DNA of 64,000 nucleotides from an uncultured bacterium (GTDB lineage Bacteria; Bacillota_I; Bacilli_A; RF39; UBA660): NCBI GenBank assembly GCA_947169285.1, contig CAMVPB010000005.1, positions 545 to 64,544 of the forward strand, read 5' to 3'. Shown piece by piece: positions 18,654 to 28,944 of this stretch (position 1 is its first letter; each line of letters starts with the position of its first letter). The notes under the pieces were generated by a model. It saw only the letters and a program-made list of their open reading frames with translations, ran no database searches and was not told where the DNA came from. The position numbers and the translations under genes were made by a program.

Positions 18654-19534
18654 ATATGTGGAAAGATAGAAGTTTTAAACCAATGCTTTTAAAACAAATA
18701 AAAAAACCTTTTAATGATAAAGATTTTATTTATGAATTAAAATTTGATGGACATAGAGCTTTGATATTTGTAAATAACAAAAATATTTTAGTTCAAAGTA
18801 GAAATGGTAAAGATATAACGTTTTTATATCCTGAACTTGAAAGTATAAAAAAGATTGTTAATAAAAATGTTATATTTGATGGTGAAATAATATGTGAGAG
18901 TGATGGGAAACCTTCTTTTAAAAAAATACAAACTAGAAGTCATTTAAAAGATAAAAATAAAATAAAAAAAGAGATGATAAATAATCCGGTAAAATTTATT
19001 GTATTTGATATTTTATATGAAAATAAAGATTTAACTAATTTAAATTTATTAAAAAGGAAAGAAATTTTAAACAAATATAGAGATACTGATGTATTTATTA
19101 AATCTAAGTTTATTAAAGAAAAAGGTGTTGAATTATTTAAAAAAATTAAAAAACTAAAATTGGAAGGAATAGTTGCTAAGAATGTAAATGGTAAATACCA
19201 TATAAATAAAAGAACCGATGATTTTATAAAAATTAAAAATATCGAAAGAGATAAATTTTATATAGGTGGATATATTGAAAATAAGAATAATACTATTTCT
19301 TTATTATTAGGAGAATACCTTGATAATAAATTTATGTATGTTGGTAAAGTAATTATGAGTAAGAATAAAAATTTATATGATAAATTAAAAGTTAAAAAGA
19401 AAAGTAAAAATTATTTTGATAATTATAAAGATAAAGGAATATTTATTAAGCCAGAATTAGCATGTTACATTGAATATTTAGAAAGGACTAAGTCTAATAG
19501 TTTAAGACATCCAATTTATAAAGATTATGAGTAA
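18650..19534 (+). CDS. ligD: ATP-dependent DNA ligase (LigD ligase domain), 294 aa
   Basis: Motif I KxDG (ELKFDGHRALIF) and the nucleotidyltransferase motifs (EGIVAK). Start overlaps the Ku stop. Confidence 0.8.
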   Translation: MNMWKDRSFKPMLLKQIKKPFNDKDFIYELKFDGHRALIFVNNKNILVQSRNGKDITFLYPELESIKKIVNKNVIFDGEIICESDGKPSFKKIQTRSHLKDKNKIKKEMINNPVKFIVFDILYENKDLTNLNLLKRKEILNKYRDTDVFIKSKFIKEKGVELFKKIKKLKLEGIVAKNVNGKYHINKRTDDFIKIKNIERDKFYIGGYIENKNNTISLLLGEYLDNKFMYVGKVIMSKNKNLYDKLKVKKKSKNYFDNYKDKGIFIKPELACYIEYLERTKSNSLRHPIYKDYE

Positions 19535-20879
19535 TTTAAAAGAATATAATAATAAAAGAAATTTTAATAAAACAAAAGAACCAAAGGGTAATAAGAAAAA
19601 ATCGAATAAAAAGAAGTTGAAATTTGTTGTTCAACATCACCTAGCTAGAAAAGATCATTATGATTTAAGACTTGAATTGGATGGAGTATATGTAAGTTTT
19701 GCTGTTCCTAAAGGACCATCTTTTAACATAAAAGATAAAAGACTTGCAGTGCATGTTGAAGATCATCCGATTAGTTATGGAACTTTTGAAGGGGTGATAC
19801 CAAAAGGACAGTATGGGGCAGGAATAGTTATGCTTTGGGATAAAGGATACTGGTATCCAACTCATAATCCGGATTTTAAAAATGTTGTAAAGTTTGAACT
19901 AGATGGTGAAAGATTAAAAGGAAAATGGTCACTAATAAAATTTAAAGGTGATAATTATTTATTAATAAAAGAAAATGATAAATATAAAAAAAACAGTAAT
20001 GGCATAAGTAAATATAAAAGAAGTATTAAAACTGGTAGAACTTTTGAAGAAATTAAAAATAATATTGAGAATATTGAAATAACTAATCCAGAAAAATTAA
20101 TATTTCCTAAAAGTAAAATTACTAAAAAAGATATAGTTGATTATTATCAAAAAGTAAGCAAAAGAATGTTTGAGTTTTTAAATAATAGATTAATAAGTGT
20201 AGTAAGATCTCCACAAGGTATAAGTGATGAAAAATTTTTTATGAAACATTTAAATACTGAATCTAAGAATATAGGGAAAAAGAAAATAAATAGTGAATAT
20301 TATTATTACATAAAAAATGAAAATGGGATAATTGATGAAGTTCAAATGAATAGTTATGAATTTCATATATGGGGAAGTCTACAAAACAGTATAAATAATC
20401 CAGATTTATTAGTTTTTGACTTTGATCCAGATAAAAAACTCTCTTTAAAAAAATTAAAAGATGGAGTTAAAGACTTGAAAAAAATATTAGATAAATTAAA
20501 ATTAAAAAGTTATTTAAAAACAAGTGGTGGGAAAGGCTATCATGTTTTTGTGCCTTTGAAAACTGGCTCATGGATTAAAACAGAAAATATCGCAAAGAAT
20601 ATATCTGAGTTGATGATACAAAGTCATCCTGATAAATACACAATTAATATGAGAATGAATAAAAGAGAAAACAAAATATTTATAGATTATTTTAGAAATA
20701 AGAAAGGTGCTACTAGTGTATGCCCATATTCGATAAGATTAAAAGAACCTGGAACTGTGTCGTGTCCGATTTATTGGAGTGAACTAGATACTATAAAGCC
20801 TCAAGACATAACAATTAAAAATATAGATAAAAGATTAAAGAAAAAAGATCCTTGGAATAATTTTTTTGATTATGAATAG
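19527..20879 (+). CDS. ligD: LigD 3'-phosphoesterase (N-terminal) plus polymerase/primase (C-terminal) domains, 450 aa
   Basis: PE-domain block FVVQHHLARKDHYDLRLELDG...FAVPKGPS...HVEDHPISYGTFEGVIPKGQYGAG. Pol-domain block TSGGKGYHVFVPL. Start overlaps the ligase stop. Confidence 0.75.
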   Translation: MSNLKEYNNKRNFNKTKEPKGNKKKSNKKKLKFVVQHHLARKDHYDLRLELDGVYVSFAVPKGPSFNIKDKRLAVHVEDHPISYGTFEGVIPKGQYGAGIVMLWDKGYWYPTHNPDFKNVVKFELDGERLKGKWSLIKFKGDNYLLIKENDKYKKNSNGISKYKRSIKTGRTFEEIKNNIENIEITNPEKLIFPKSKITKKDIVDYYQKVSKRMFEFLNNRLISVVRSPQGISDEKFFMKHLNTESKNIGKKKINSEYYYYIKNENGIIDEVQMNSYEFHIWGSLQNSINNPDLLVFDFDPDKKLSLKKLKDGVKDLKKILDKLKLKSYLKTSGGKGYHVFVPLKTGSWIKTENIAKNISELMIQSHPDKYTINMRMNKRENKIFIDYFRNKKGATSVCPYSIRLKEPGTVSCPIYWSELDTIKPQDITIKNIDKRLKKKDPWNNFFDYE

Positions 20880-20887
20880 TATTTTAT

Positions 20888-21442
20888 ATGACAATATTTA
20901 TAATAGGATTCTTTTTTATATCAATTTTTGGAACGTTACTTCATTTTTTATATGATATAAGTAGTCATAATAAAATAGTTGGAGTATTTTCTTCTGTTAA
21001 TGAAAGTGTATGGGAACATATAAAACTTGCGCTTACTCCAACATTTATTTATTCACTTATTGATGGATATTTTTATGGCGCTTATGATAATTATTTCTTT
21101 GCTAAGTTAATAAGTATTCTATCAATTATTATAGTAATGCCTATATTATTTTATGGAACTAAATTATTTTTAAAAAAACATATAACTATAATAAACATTT
21201 TGATATTTTTTATAACTGTATTTATAAGTGAATTATCAATGTATCTAATACTATTTAGTAATCCTGTCTCATATTTATTAAAATATATATCACTGATATT
21301 TTTATTTATATTATTTGGGAGTTATTTATTATTGACACTATTTCCGATAGAAAGTATTATATTTAAAGACCCTATAACTAATAAGTATGGATATGATGGC
21401 CATAGATTTATAAAAAGAATATTTGGTATAAAAACATTTTAA
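20888..21442 (+). CDS. Hypothetical integral membrane protein, 184 aa
   Basis: Multiple hydrophobic segments. No recognisable motif. Confidence 0.45.
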   Translation: MTIFIIGFFFISIFGTLLHFLYDISSHNKIVGVFSSVNESVWEHIKLALTPTFIYSLIDGYFYGAYDNYFFAKLISILSIIIVMPILFYGTKLFLKKHITIINILIFFITVFISELSMYLILFSNPVSYLLKYISLIFLFILFGSYLLLTLFPIESIIFKDPITNKYGYDGHRFIKRIFGIKTF

Positions 21443-21499
21443 TCTTTTAATTTACATCTAAATTTAGTATAATTATATTAGAATAAAGTAGGTGTTGAT

Positions 21500-23806
21500 A
21501 TGAAGATTACTAAAGAAGAAATAAAATTATTAGATAAATACTTTAGGGCAGCAAATTATGTTTCTGCTTGCCAGTTATATTTACTTGATAATCCTCTTTT
21601 AAAAAGAAAATTAGAGCCAAGTGATATTAAAAATAAAATAGTAGGTCATTGGGGAACTGTACCAGGTCAAAATTTTATTTATACTCATTTAAATAGAATA
21701 ATTAAAAAGTATAATTTAAATGTTTTATATATTTCGGGTCCTGGACATGGTGGAAATGCAACTGTTGCAAATGATTACCTAGATGGTTCTTATACTAAAA
21801 TATATCCTAATATAACTGAAGATGAAGAAGGACTTAAAAAATTATTTAAACAATTTAGTTTTCCAAAAGGAATATCTTCACATGCTGCACCAGAAACTCC
21901 AGGAAGCATAAATGAGGGTGGAGAATTAGGATATTCTTTATCTCACGCATATGGAGCAGTACTTGATAATCCTGATTTAATAGTTGCTTGTGTTGTAGGA
22001 GATGGTGAAGCTGAAACTGGACCACTTGCAACATCTTGGCATGGAAATAAATTTATAAATCCTAAAACTGATGGTGTAGTTTTACCTATACTTCATTTAA
22101 ATGGCTATAAAATAGCCAATCCAACAATACTTGGTAGAATGTCTGATGAAGAACTAGAATATTATTTTACATCTCTTGGTTATAAACCATATTTTGTAGA
22201 AGGAAGAGAGCCGTTTATAATGCATCAAAAAATGGCAGCAACAATGGACAAAATAGTTAATGACATTGCTAGAATTAAAAGAAAAAACATTATAAATGAA
22301 TGGCCAATGATAATACTTAGAACGCCTAAAGGTTGGACATGCCCTAAAAAAGTTGATGGCCATTATATCGAAAATAGTTTTAGATCGCATCAAGTTCCTG
22401 TAAGCAAAGAAAACATTAGAGTATTAGAACGCTGGTTAAAAAGCTATAAGCCTGATGAATTATTTGATGAAAATGGAACTCTTAATAAAGATATAAAAAG
22501 TATTCTTCCAACAGGTAATAAAAGAATAGGTTTAAATCCTAGTGCTAATGGAGGACTATTACTAAAAGATTTAAAAGTCCCTAATTTAAAAGATTATGAA
22601 TACAAATTTACAAGACGTGGTAATACTGAAACTAGTGATATGTATAACTTAGGTGAATACATAAAAGATTTAATGAAATTAAATAAAAACAATTATAGAT
22701 TATTTAGTCCTGATGAAACTCTTTCTAATAGGCTTAATCAAGTTTTTTATAAGGAAAGAAGAAAATGGAATTATAGAACTTTTATGAATGATGAACTTAT
22801 GAGCCCTGATGGTAGAGTAATGGATTCAATGTTATCTGAGCATATGTGTGAAGGTATGCTTGAAGGATATATCCTAACTGGTAGACACGGTATGTTTAAT
22901 AGTTATGAAGCATTTATTAGAATAGTTGATTCAATGGCTTCACAACATGCAAAATGGTTGAAAGTTTGCTCAGAACTTCCATGGAGAGAAGATATATCAT
23001 CATTGAACTATGTTCTTACTTCTCATTGTTGGCAACAAGATCATAATGGATTTACTCATCAAGATCCAGGATTTTTAAATCATTTAGTTACTAAGAAATC
23101 AGATATAGTTAGAATGTATCTTCCTTTTGACACTAATACACTTTTATCTTGCTATGATCATGTTATTCAAACTAAAAATTATATAAATGTGATAGTTGCT
23201 TCTAAACATTTTAGACCTCAATGGATGAGAATGGATGAAGCTATTAAACACTGTAAAAAAGGAATAGATATATTAAAATGGGCAAGTGATGAAGGAAGAC
23301 CTAATATAATCTTTGCTTGTGCAGGCGATACACCAACTTTAGAAGTTCTAGCTGCTAAATCAATATTAAAGAGTAAACTTCCTAAATTAAAAGTAAGAGT
23401 AGTTAACTGTGTTGATTTATTTAAATTAGAAGTTCCTAAAAATCATCCACATGGACTTGATAATAAAGAATATAATAAGTTATTCCCTAAAACAGTTCCA
23501 GTAGTATTCAACTTTCACGGTTATCCAAGTTTAATACATGAACTTACATATAATAGAGATAACCATGGCAAAATGCACGTAAGAGGATATATTGAAGAAG
23601 GAACAATAACAACACCATTTGATATGAGAGTACAAAATAAAATAGATAGATATCACTTAGTAATAGATGCTATCAAGTATTCTAAAGTCAAAGATGGTGA
23701 AGAAGTTATTAAATATTGTGAAAAAATGTTAAAGAAACATAACAAGTATATTGCAGAATATGGTAAAGATATAGAAGAAGTAGAAAACTGGAAATGGAAG
23801 AATTGA
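21500..23806 (+). CDS. xfp: Xylulose-5-phosphate/fructose-6-phosphate phosphoketolase, 768 aa
   Basis: Characteristic blocks VGHWGTVPGQNF, GPGHGG, EGGELGYSL and TSHCWQQDHNGFTHQDPGF. The length is typical of the family. Confidence 0.9.
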   Translation: MKITKEEIKLLDKYFRAANYVSACQLYLLDNPLLKRKLEPSDIKNKIVGHWGTVPGQNFIYTHLNRIIKKYNLNVLYISGPGHGGNATVANDYLDGSYTKIYPNITEDEEGLKKLFKQFSFPKGISSHAAPETPGSINEGGELGYSLSHAYGAVLDNPDLIVACVVGDGEAETGPLATSWHGNKFINPKTDGVVLPILHLNGYKIANPTILGRMSDEELEYYFTSLGYKPYFVEGREPFIMHQKMAATMDKIVNDIARIKRKNIINEWPMIILRTPKGWTCPKKVDGHYIENSFRSHQVPVSKENIRVLERWLKSYKPDELFDENGTLNKDIKSILPTGNKRIGLNPSANGGLLLKDLKVPNLKDYEYKFTRRGNTETSDMYNLGEYIKDLMKLNKNNYRLFSPDETLSNRLNQVFYKERRKWNYRTFMNDELMSPDGRVMDSMLSEHMCEGMLEGYILTGRHGMFNSYEAFIRIVDSMASQHAKWLKVCSELPWREDISSLNYVLTSHCWQQDHNGFTHQDPGFLNHLVTKKSDIVRMYLPFDTNTLLSCYDHVIQTKNYINVIVASKHFRPQWMRMDEAIKHCKKGIDILKWASDEGRPNIIFACAGDTPTLEVLAAKSILKSKLPKLKVRVVNCVDLFKLEVPKNHPHGLDNKEYNKLFPKTVPVVFNFHGYPSLIHELTYNRDNHGKMHVRGYIEEGTITTPFDMRVQNKIDRYHLVIDAIKYSKVKDGEEVIKYCEKMLKKHNKYIAEYGKDIEEVENWKWKN

Positions 23807-23865
23807 AATAAAGAAGATTTTATGTTAAAATGAATTTGTTGAAGGAAACTTCATATAATGAGTAG

Positions 23866-23945
23866 GACACACTTTGAAGAGTAGGTGTGCTCCAAAGGTT
23901 TTGTTGCACACTATCCTCTTATCAAGGATAGTGTGTTTTTTATTT
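23866..23945 (+). ncRNA. Putative antisense RNA (type I antitoxin-like), copy 1
   Basis: Promoter-like TTGAAG...TATAAT at 23838..23859, then a ~80-nt region ending in hairpin cacactatcctcttatcaaggatagtgtg plus T-tract. It is convergent with, and overlaps the stop of, the minus-strand peptide gene. Confidence 0.45.
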
Positions 23946-24020
23946 AGACAAAAGTACTATAAATACTAAAGCAAACAAGAGGATGATTATTATAAAATAA
24001 GAAAAATCTTTTCTAGCCAT
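23940..24020 (-). CDS. Small hydrophobic peptide, 26 aa (MARKDFSYFIIIILLFALVFIVLLSK), type I toxin-like
   Basis: Minus-strand ATG at 24020 preceded by RBS gaggtga. Minus-strand promoter TTGCAG-17-TAATAT at 24093..24120. Two paralogues at 24408..24488 and 30103..30183 have conservative or synonymous changes. Not in the ORF track because it is under 60 aa. Confidence 0.6.
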   Translation of the reverse strand: MARKDFSYFIIIILLFALVFIVLLSK

Positions 24021-24330
24021 GAATCATCACCTCATTTATTTTTATAGAATAAAGGAGCACACACTAACCTCTATTAAGATGTGTCTAAGTCATATTAGCA
24101 TATTAAAAATAATGCTGCAAATGAGTGAATTTTTGATTTTGGACAGTTAATAATTTATTTTAATACAGTGTAGTTTTTATTTATTAAATACCTAAAAAAT
24201 GTATAAAAATAAATTTTATATTTGAATTTATAAATTTTAGAAGAAAATTTAAAAGGCCAAGAAAAAATTGAAATAAAGAACATTTTATGTTAAAATGAAT
24301 TTATTGAAGGAAACTTCATATAATAAAAAA

Positions 24331-24412
24331 GGACACACCTTGAAGAGTAAGTGTGCTTCCACATTAAGTGTTGCACTGCTAACATCTTGTCAATGTTAGC
24401 GTGCTTTTTATT
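24331..24412 (+). ncRNA. Putative antisense RNA (type I antitoxin-like), copy 2
   Basis: Same promoter (ttgaaggaaacttcatataat). The terminator hairpin has a different sequence (gctaacatcttgtcaatgttagc) but the same position plus T-tract, which is compensatory conservation. Confidence 0.45.
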
Positions 24413-24488
24413 TAAATATTAATACTATAAATATCAATATAAACAAGAGGATAATTATGAAATAATAAGATTTTTCTCTTTTATTCAT
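24408..24488 (-). CDS. Small hydrophobic peptide, 26 aa (MNKREKSYYFIIILLFILIFIVLIFK), type I toxin-like paralogue
   Basis: Minus-strand ATG preceded by RBS gggaggtga. Identical TTGCAG-17-TAATAT promoter region at 24555..24588. Confidence 0.55.
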   Translation of the reverse strand: MNKREKSYYFIIILLFILIFIVLIFK

Positions 24489-24754
24489 GCATATCACCTC
24501 CCTTATTTTTATAGAATAAGGAAGCACACGACTAACATCTATTAAGGTGTGTCTAAGTCATATTAGCATATTAAAAATAATGCTGCAAATAAGTGAATTT
24601 TCAATTTTATTATTCTAAGAATCATATTTTTGTGGTATAGAAATTTTTAAAGTATTAAGTATCAAATGATTTATAAAAATATATTTTATATTTGAATTCA
24701 TAAATTTAAAATAGTTAGCAATTGACAAATATATAATTAAAAAGTATAATTTAT

Positions 24755-24896
24755 ATCGTAATTTACTTACTCTTAGTGACAAAGAGGTAGCGAAAAGTAA
24801 AAGCAAGTCTGCTATAAAGACATTAAAGAGCATAGAAATCTATGAAATTAGGTGGCACCGCGGGGTATCTCGTCCTAATGTTTATAGATTTTTTTT
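24755..24896 (+). promoter_or_regulatory. T-box riboswitch leader upstream of aspS (and serS)
   Basis: Promoter TTGACA-17-TATAAT at 24722..24750. Conserved T-box sequence aaattaggtggcaccgcgg at 24845..24863, followed by terminator hairpin aaatctat...atagatttttttt. A GAC (Asp) codon sits in the candidate specifier region gtgacaaag. Confidence 0.75.
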
Positions 24897-24915
24897 GTTT
24901 TATTAAGGAGGATTT

Positions 24916-26655
24916 ATGAAAACAATAATGAATAATACATTAAGTATTAATAATGTAAATGAAGATGTTACATTATATGGATGGGTTTCTAAAAAAAGAA
25001 ATTTAGGAAATTTAATATTTATTGATTTAAGAGATAGAAGTGGAATAGTTCAACTTTCTTTTAAAAGTGGAAGTGCTGCTTATGAAATAGCTAACTCTGT
25101 TAAAAATGAATATGTTTTAAAAGTAACTGGTAAAGTTGTAGAAAGAGAAAGTAAAAACCCTAATTTAGAAACTGGAGATATTGAAATTAGTGTTAGTGAT
25201 TTAGAAATATTAAATATATCTTCTGAATTACCATTTGAAATTAGTGATAATACAACTGCTTTGGAAGATACAAGACTTAAATATAGATACTTAGATATTA
25301 GAAGAAATAATATAAAAAATAACTTGGTTTTAAAACATAAAGTTATGCTTGCAGTTAGAAACTATTTTGATAAAAAAGGATTTATAGAAGTAGAAACACC
25401 AATACTTGGTAAATCCACTCCAGAAGGAGCTAGAGATTATCTTGTACCTAGTAGAGTAAGTAGAGGTAAATATTATGCTTTACCTCAATCACCTCAATTA
25501 TTTAAACAATTATTAATGATTGGTGGAGTAGAAAGATATTTCCAAATAGCTAGATGTTTTAGAGATGAAGATTTAAGAGCTGATAGACAGCCAGAATTCA
25601 CTCAAATAGATGTTGAAATGAGTTTTGTCGATGAAAATGATGTTATGAGCATTGGTGAAGAAATGATGAATTATATCTTTAAAGAAACAATTGGATATGA
25701 TTTAGGCCTTCCATTACAAAGAATGAAATATGATGATGCTATTAAATATTATGGTTCTGATAAACCAGATTTAAGATTTGATATGAAAATTAATGACATA
25801 ACAGAAATTCTTAAAAATAATAATAGTGATTTATTCAAGAGTGTTATTAATTCTAATGGTGTTATTAATGCTTTAGTTGTTAAAAATGCTTCTGATAAAT
25901 ATTCAAGAAAAGAATTAGATAAGTTAACTGAATTTGTTAAAACTTATAGAGCTAATGGACTTGCTTATATTAAGTTTAATGATGAGATAACTGGAAGTAT
26001 TGTTAAATTATTAACTGAAGAAGAAATTAATTCTATTAAAGAAAATCTTAATATTGAAAACAATGATTTATTATTAGTTATATTCGGTGAATATAGTGTG
26101 GTTAAAACTTCTCTTGGTGCTTTAAGATGTAAACTTGGTAAAGAGTTAAATCTATATAGTAATGATGTTTATAAAGCTTTATGGGTAGTAGATTTTCCTT
26201 CATTTGAATGGAGTGAAGAAGAGGGAAGGTTTATGGCTTGCCATCATCCATTTACTGCTCCTAAAGATGAAGATATCGATAAACTTTTAACTGATAAAGC
26301 TCATTGTTATTCAAAAGCTTATGACATAGTTATTAATGGATATGAAGCTGGCGGGGGAAGTATTAGAATTCACAATAAAGAAGTTCAATCTAAGATGTTT
26401 GAAGCTTTAGGACTTTCTATGGAAACCGCTAAAGAAAAATTTGGATACTTCTTAGAAGCATTTGAATATGGTGCTCCACCACATGGAGGATATGCTTGTG
26501 GACTTGATAGAATAGTAATGCTTTTATCTAAGACAGATAATATTAGAGATGTTATAGCATTCCCTAAAACAGCTTCAGCTTCAGACTTAATGAGCGAATG
26601 TCCAAATGTAGTTGATGAGAAGCAATTGAAAGAACTACATATTAAGAATGAATAG
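24916..26655 (+). CDS. aspS: Aspartyl-tRNA synthetase, 579 aa
   Basis: Class II aaRS motifs ([33 protein letters not shown]) and an N-terminal OB anticodon-binding domain. Confidence 0.95.
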   Translation: MKTIMNNTLSINNVNEDVTLYGWVSKKRNLGNLIFIDLRDRSGIVQLSFKSGSAAYEIANSVKNEYVLKVTGKVVERESKNPNLETGDIEISVSDLEILNISSELPFEISDNTTALEDTRLKYRYLDIRRNNIKNNLVLKHKVMLAVRNYFDKKGFIEVETPILGKSTPEGARDYLVPSRVSRGKYYALPQSPQLFKQLLMIGGVERYFQIARCFRDEDLRADRQPEFTQIDVEMSFVDENDVMSIGEEMMNYIFKETIGYDLGLPLQRMKYDDAIKYYGSDKPDLRFDMKINDITEILKNNNSDLFKSVINSNGVINALVVKNASDKYSRKELDKLTEFVKTYRANGLAYIKFNDEITGSIVKLLTEEEINSIKENLNIENNDLLLVIFGEYSVVKTSLGALRCKLGKELNLYSNDVYKALWVVDFPSFEWSEEEGRFMACHHPFTAPKDEDIDKLLTDKAHCYSKAYDIVINGYEAGGGSIRIHNKEVQSKMFEALGLSMETAKEKFGYFLEAFEYGAPPHGGYACGLDRIVMLLSKTDNIRDVIAFPKTASASDLMSECPNVVDEKQLKELHIKNE

Positions 26656-26664
26656 GAGAATATT

Positions 26665-27945
26665 ATGATAGATATTAATTTAATAAGAGAAAATAAAGAC
26701 TTGGTAAAAGAAAATATTAAAAAGAAATTTCAAGATCATAAATTACCTTTAGTTGAAGAAGTTTATAATTTAGATATTGAATATAGAAATATTAAAACAG
26801 AGAATGATAATGCTAGAAATAGCAAAAATAAACTAAGTGATTCTATTGGTCTTCTTATGAGAGAAGGAAAAAGAGAAGAAGCTGAAAATGTTAAGAAAGA
26901 GGTAAGTGAATTAAATAATAAAATTAATGAACTATCTATTAAAGAGGAAGAACTTTCTAAAAGAATAAAAGAAATTATGTATATGATTCCTAATATAATT
27001 GATGAAAGTGTTCCGGTAGGTAAAGATGATTCAGAAAATGTGGAAATTCAAAAATATGGAGAACAAACATCATATGATTTTGAAGTTCCATATCATACAG
27101 ATATATTAGAAAACTTAAATGGAATTGATTTAGATTCTGCAAGAAGAGTTTCTGGGAATGGTTTTTATTATCTAACAGGTAACATTGCTAGACTTCATTC
27201 AGCGGTTATCACTTATGCAAGAGACTTTATGATTAATAAAGGATTTACATATGTTATTCCACCTTTCATGATTCATGGAGATGTTGTAAAAGATGTAATG
27301 AGTTTTGAAGAAATGGATAACATGATGTATAAAGTAGAAGGGGAAGATTTATATTTAATTGGTACATCAGAACATTCAATGATAGGTAGATATAAAGATA
27401 CTATATTAAAAGAAAACGAATTACCTTTGACTCTTACAAGTTATAGTCCATGCTTTAGAAAAGAAAAAGGCGCTCATGGTATAGAAGAAAGAGGAATATA
27501 TAGAATTCATCAATTTGAAAAACAAGAAATGATTGTTATATGCAAGCCAGAAGAAAGTATGAAATATTTTGATGAAATGTGGAATTACACTGTTGAATTA
27601 TTTAGAAGTTTGAATATTCCTGTCAGAACATTAGAATGCTGTAGTGGAGACTTAGCTGATCTTAAAGTTAAAAGTATAGATGTAGAAGCTTGGAGTCCTA
27701 GACAAAAGAAATATTTTGAAGTTGGAAGTTGTTCAAATTTAGGAGATGCTCAATCTAGAAGACTTGGTATTAGAGTTAATTCTGATAATGGTAAGTATTA
27801 TCCTCATACACTTAATAATACAGTTGTAGCTCCTCCAAGAATGTTAATTGCATTTATTGAAAACAATTTAAATGAAGATGGAAGTATAAATATTCCAGAA
27901 GTACTAAGACCTTATATGGGTGGACTTGAAAAAATAGAGAAGTAG
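26665..27945 (+). CDS. serS: Seryl-tRNA synthetase, 426 aa
   Basis: N-terminal coiled-coil arm, class II core (FRKEKGAHG...RIHQFEKQE) and a GSCSN block. It lies 9 bp after aspS. Confidence 0.95.
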   Translation: MIDINLIRENKDLVKENIKKKFQDHKLPLVEEVYNLDIEYRNIKTENDNARNSKNKLSDSIGLLMREGKREEAENVKKEVSELNNKINELSIKEEELSKRIKEIMYMIPNIIDESVPVGKDDSENVEIQKYGEQTSYDFEVPYHTDILENLNGIDLDSARRVSGNGFYYLTGNIARLHSAVITYARDFMINKGFTYVIPPFMIHGDVVKDVMSFEEMDNMMYKVEGEDLYLIGTSEHSMIGRYKDTILKENELPLTLTSYSPCFRKEKGAHGIEERGIYRIHQFEKQEMIVICKPEESMKYFDEMWNYTVELFRSLNIPVRTLECCSGDLADLKVKSIDVEAWSPRQKKYFEVGSCSNLGDAQSRRLGIRVNSDNGKYYPHTLNNTVVAPPRMLIAFIENNLNEDGSINIPEVLRPYMGGLEKIEK

Positions 27946-28007
27946 AAATACTTCTTTTTTATTTATAAAAAAATAATAACTTCATATATTTTATAGAGGA
28001 GTCTTAT

Positions 28008-28832
28008 ATGAAAAATATTTTTAAATATGTAGGTATAATTGCTTTAATGTGTTTTAGTTTCTATTATACAAAAGAGGCTGCAGAATTTATGAAAAAAGAT
28101 GACGCTGTTATGAAACAAATAAATGAATATGCAAGTAGTCATAATACAAAATGCGTTGAAGGATACATAACTGAACAAGGTGTTGTTCTTGGCATAAATG
28201 GTTTAATTGTAGACGAAGATTTAAGCTATTCTATTATGAAAGGCAGTGGATTTAATGAATCTTTAATAAAATATAAAGATAGTCCATGTGTAGTTAATCT
28301 AGAAAATAACAAAAAAGATTATATAATTGGAGGAAATCCTTCTAAAAATAGTGTTAGCTTAATTATAAATATTACTAATGGTAAATCTATTGAAGATATA
28401 ATATCTGTTGTTGAATATAAAAATGTAAAAGTTAGTTTGTTAAGTGATTATATATTTTTAAATAATAATAAAGAGTTAGTTAATAAATTAATAAATAATA
28501 ATTATGATTTTCTATATAAAGGAGATAACGATGAAGATTTAAATAAATATTTAAATTCACTGAGATCAATAGATAAGAATATAAAGCCTTTTTGTGTTAA
28601 TTTAGATAACAATAATATATTAGAGGATTGTTATAAAAAAGATTTAAATACTATAAAAACAAATAAGATTTATAAAAATAAATATTTAAGTAATATTAGA
28701 AAAAATTTATCAAAAGGTGACATTATTATTTTAGAAGAAAGTTCTAGTTTAAAAAGTGAAATTGGTGTAGTAATTAATTACATAAAAAGTAGAGGCTTAA
28801 AAATAATAACAGTTTCAGAATTATTAAAATAA
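28008..28832 (+). CDS. Membrane-anchored hypothetical protein, possibly polysaccharide-deacetylase-like, 274 aa
   Basis: N-terminal TM segment. The C-terminal ...GLKIITVSELL resembles the polysaccharide deacetylase family C-terminus. Weak. Confidence 0.35.
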   Translation: MKNIFKYVGIIALMCFSFYYTKEAAEFMKKDDAVMKQINEYASSHNTKCVEGYITEQGVVLGINGLIVDEDLSYSIMKGSGFNESLIKYKDSPCVVNLENNKKDYIIGGNPSKNSVSLIINITNGKSIEDIISVVEYKNVKVSLLSDYIFLNNNKELVNKLINNNYDFLYKGDNDEDLNKYLNSLRSIDKNIKPFCVNLDNNNILEDCYKKDLNTIKTNKIYKNKYLSNIRKNLSKGDIIILEESSSLKSEIGVVINYIKSRGLKIITVSELLK

Positions 28833-28944
28833 TTCCCAAAAAATGCCATCAAAAAGTTTACATTTAATTTACAAAAAAACTTGATTTTAAAATAATACTT
28901 TTCTATAATCAAAATATAGAGTAGAGAGTACTCAGGGAGGTTAT

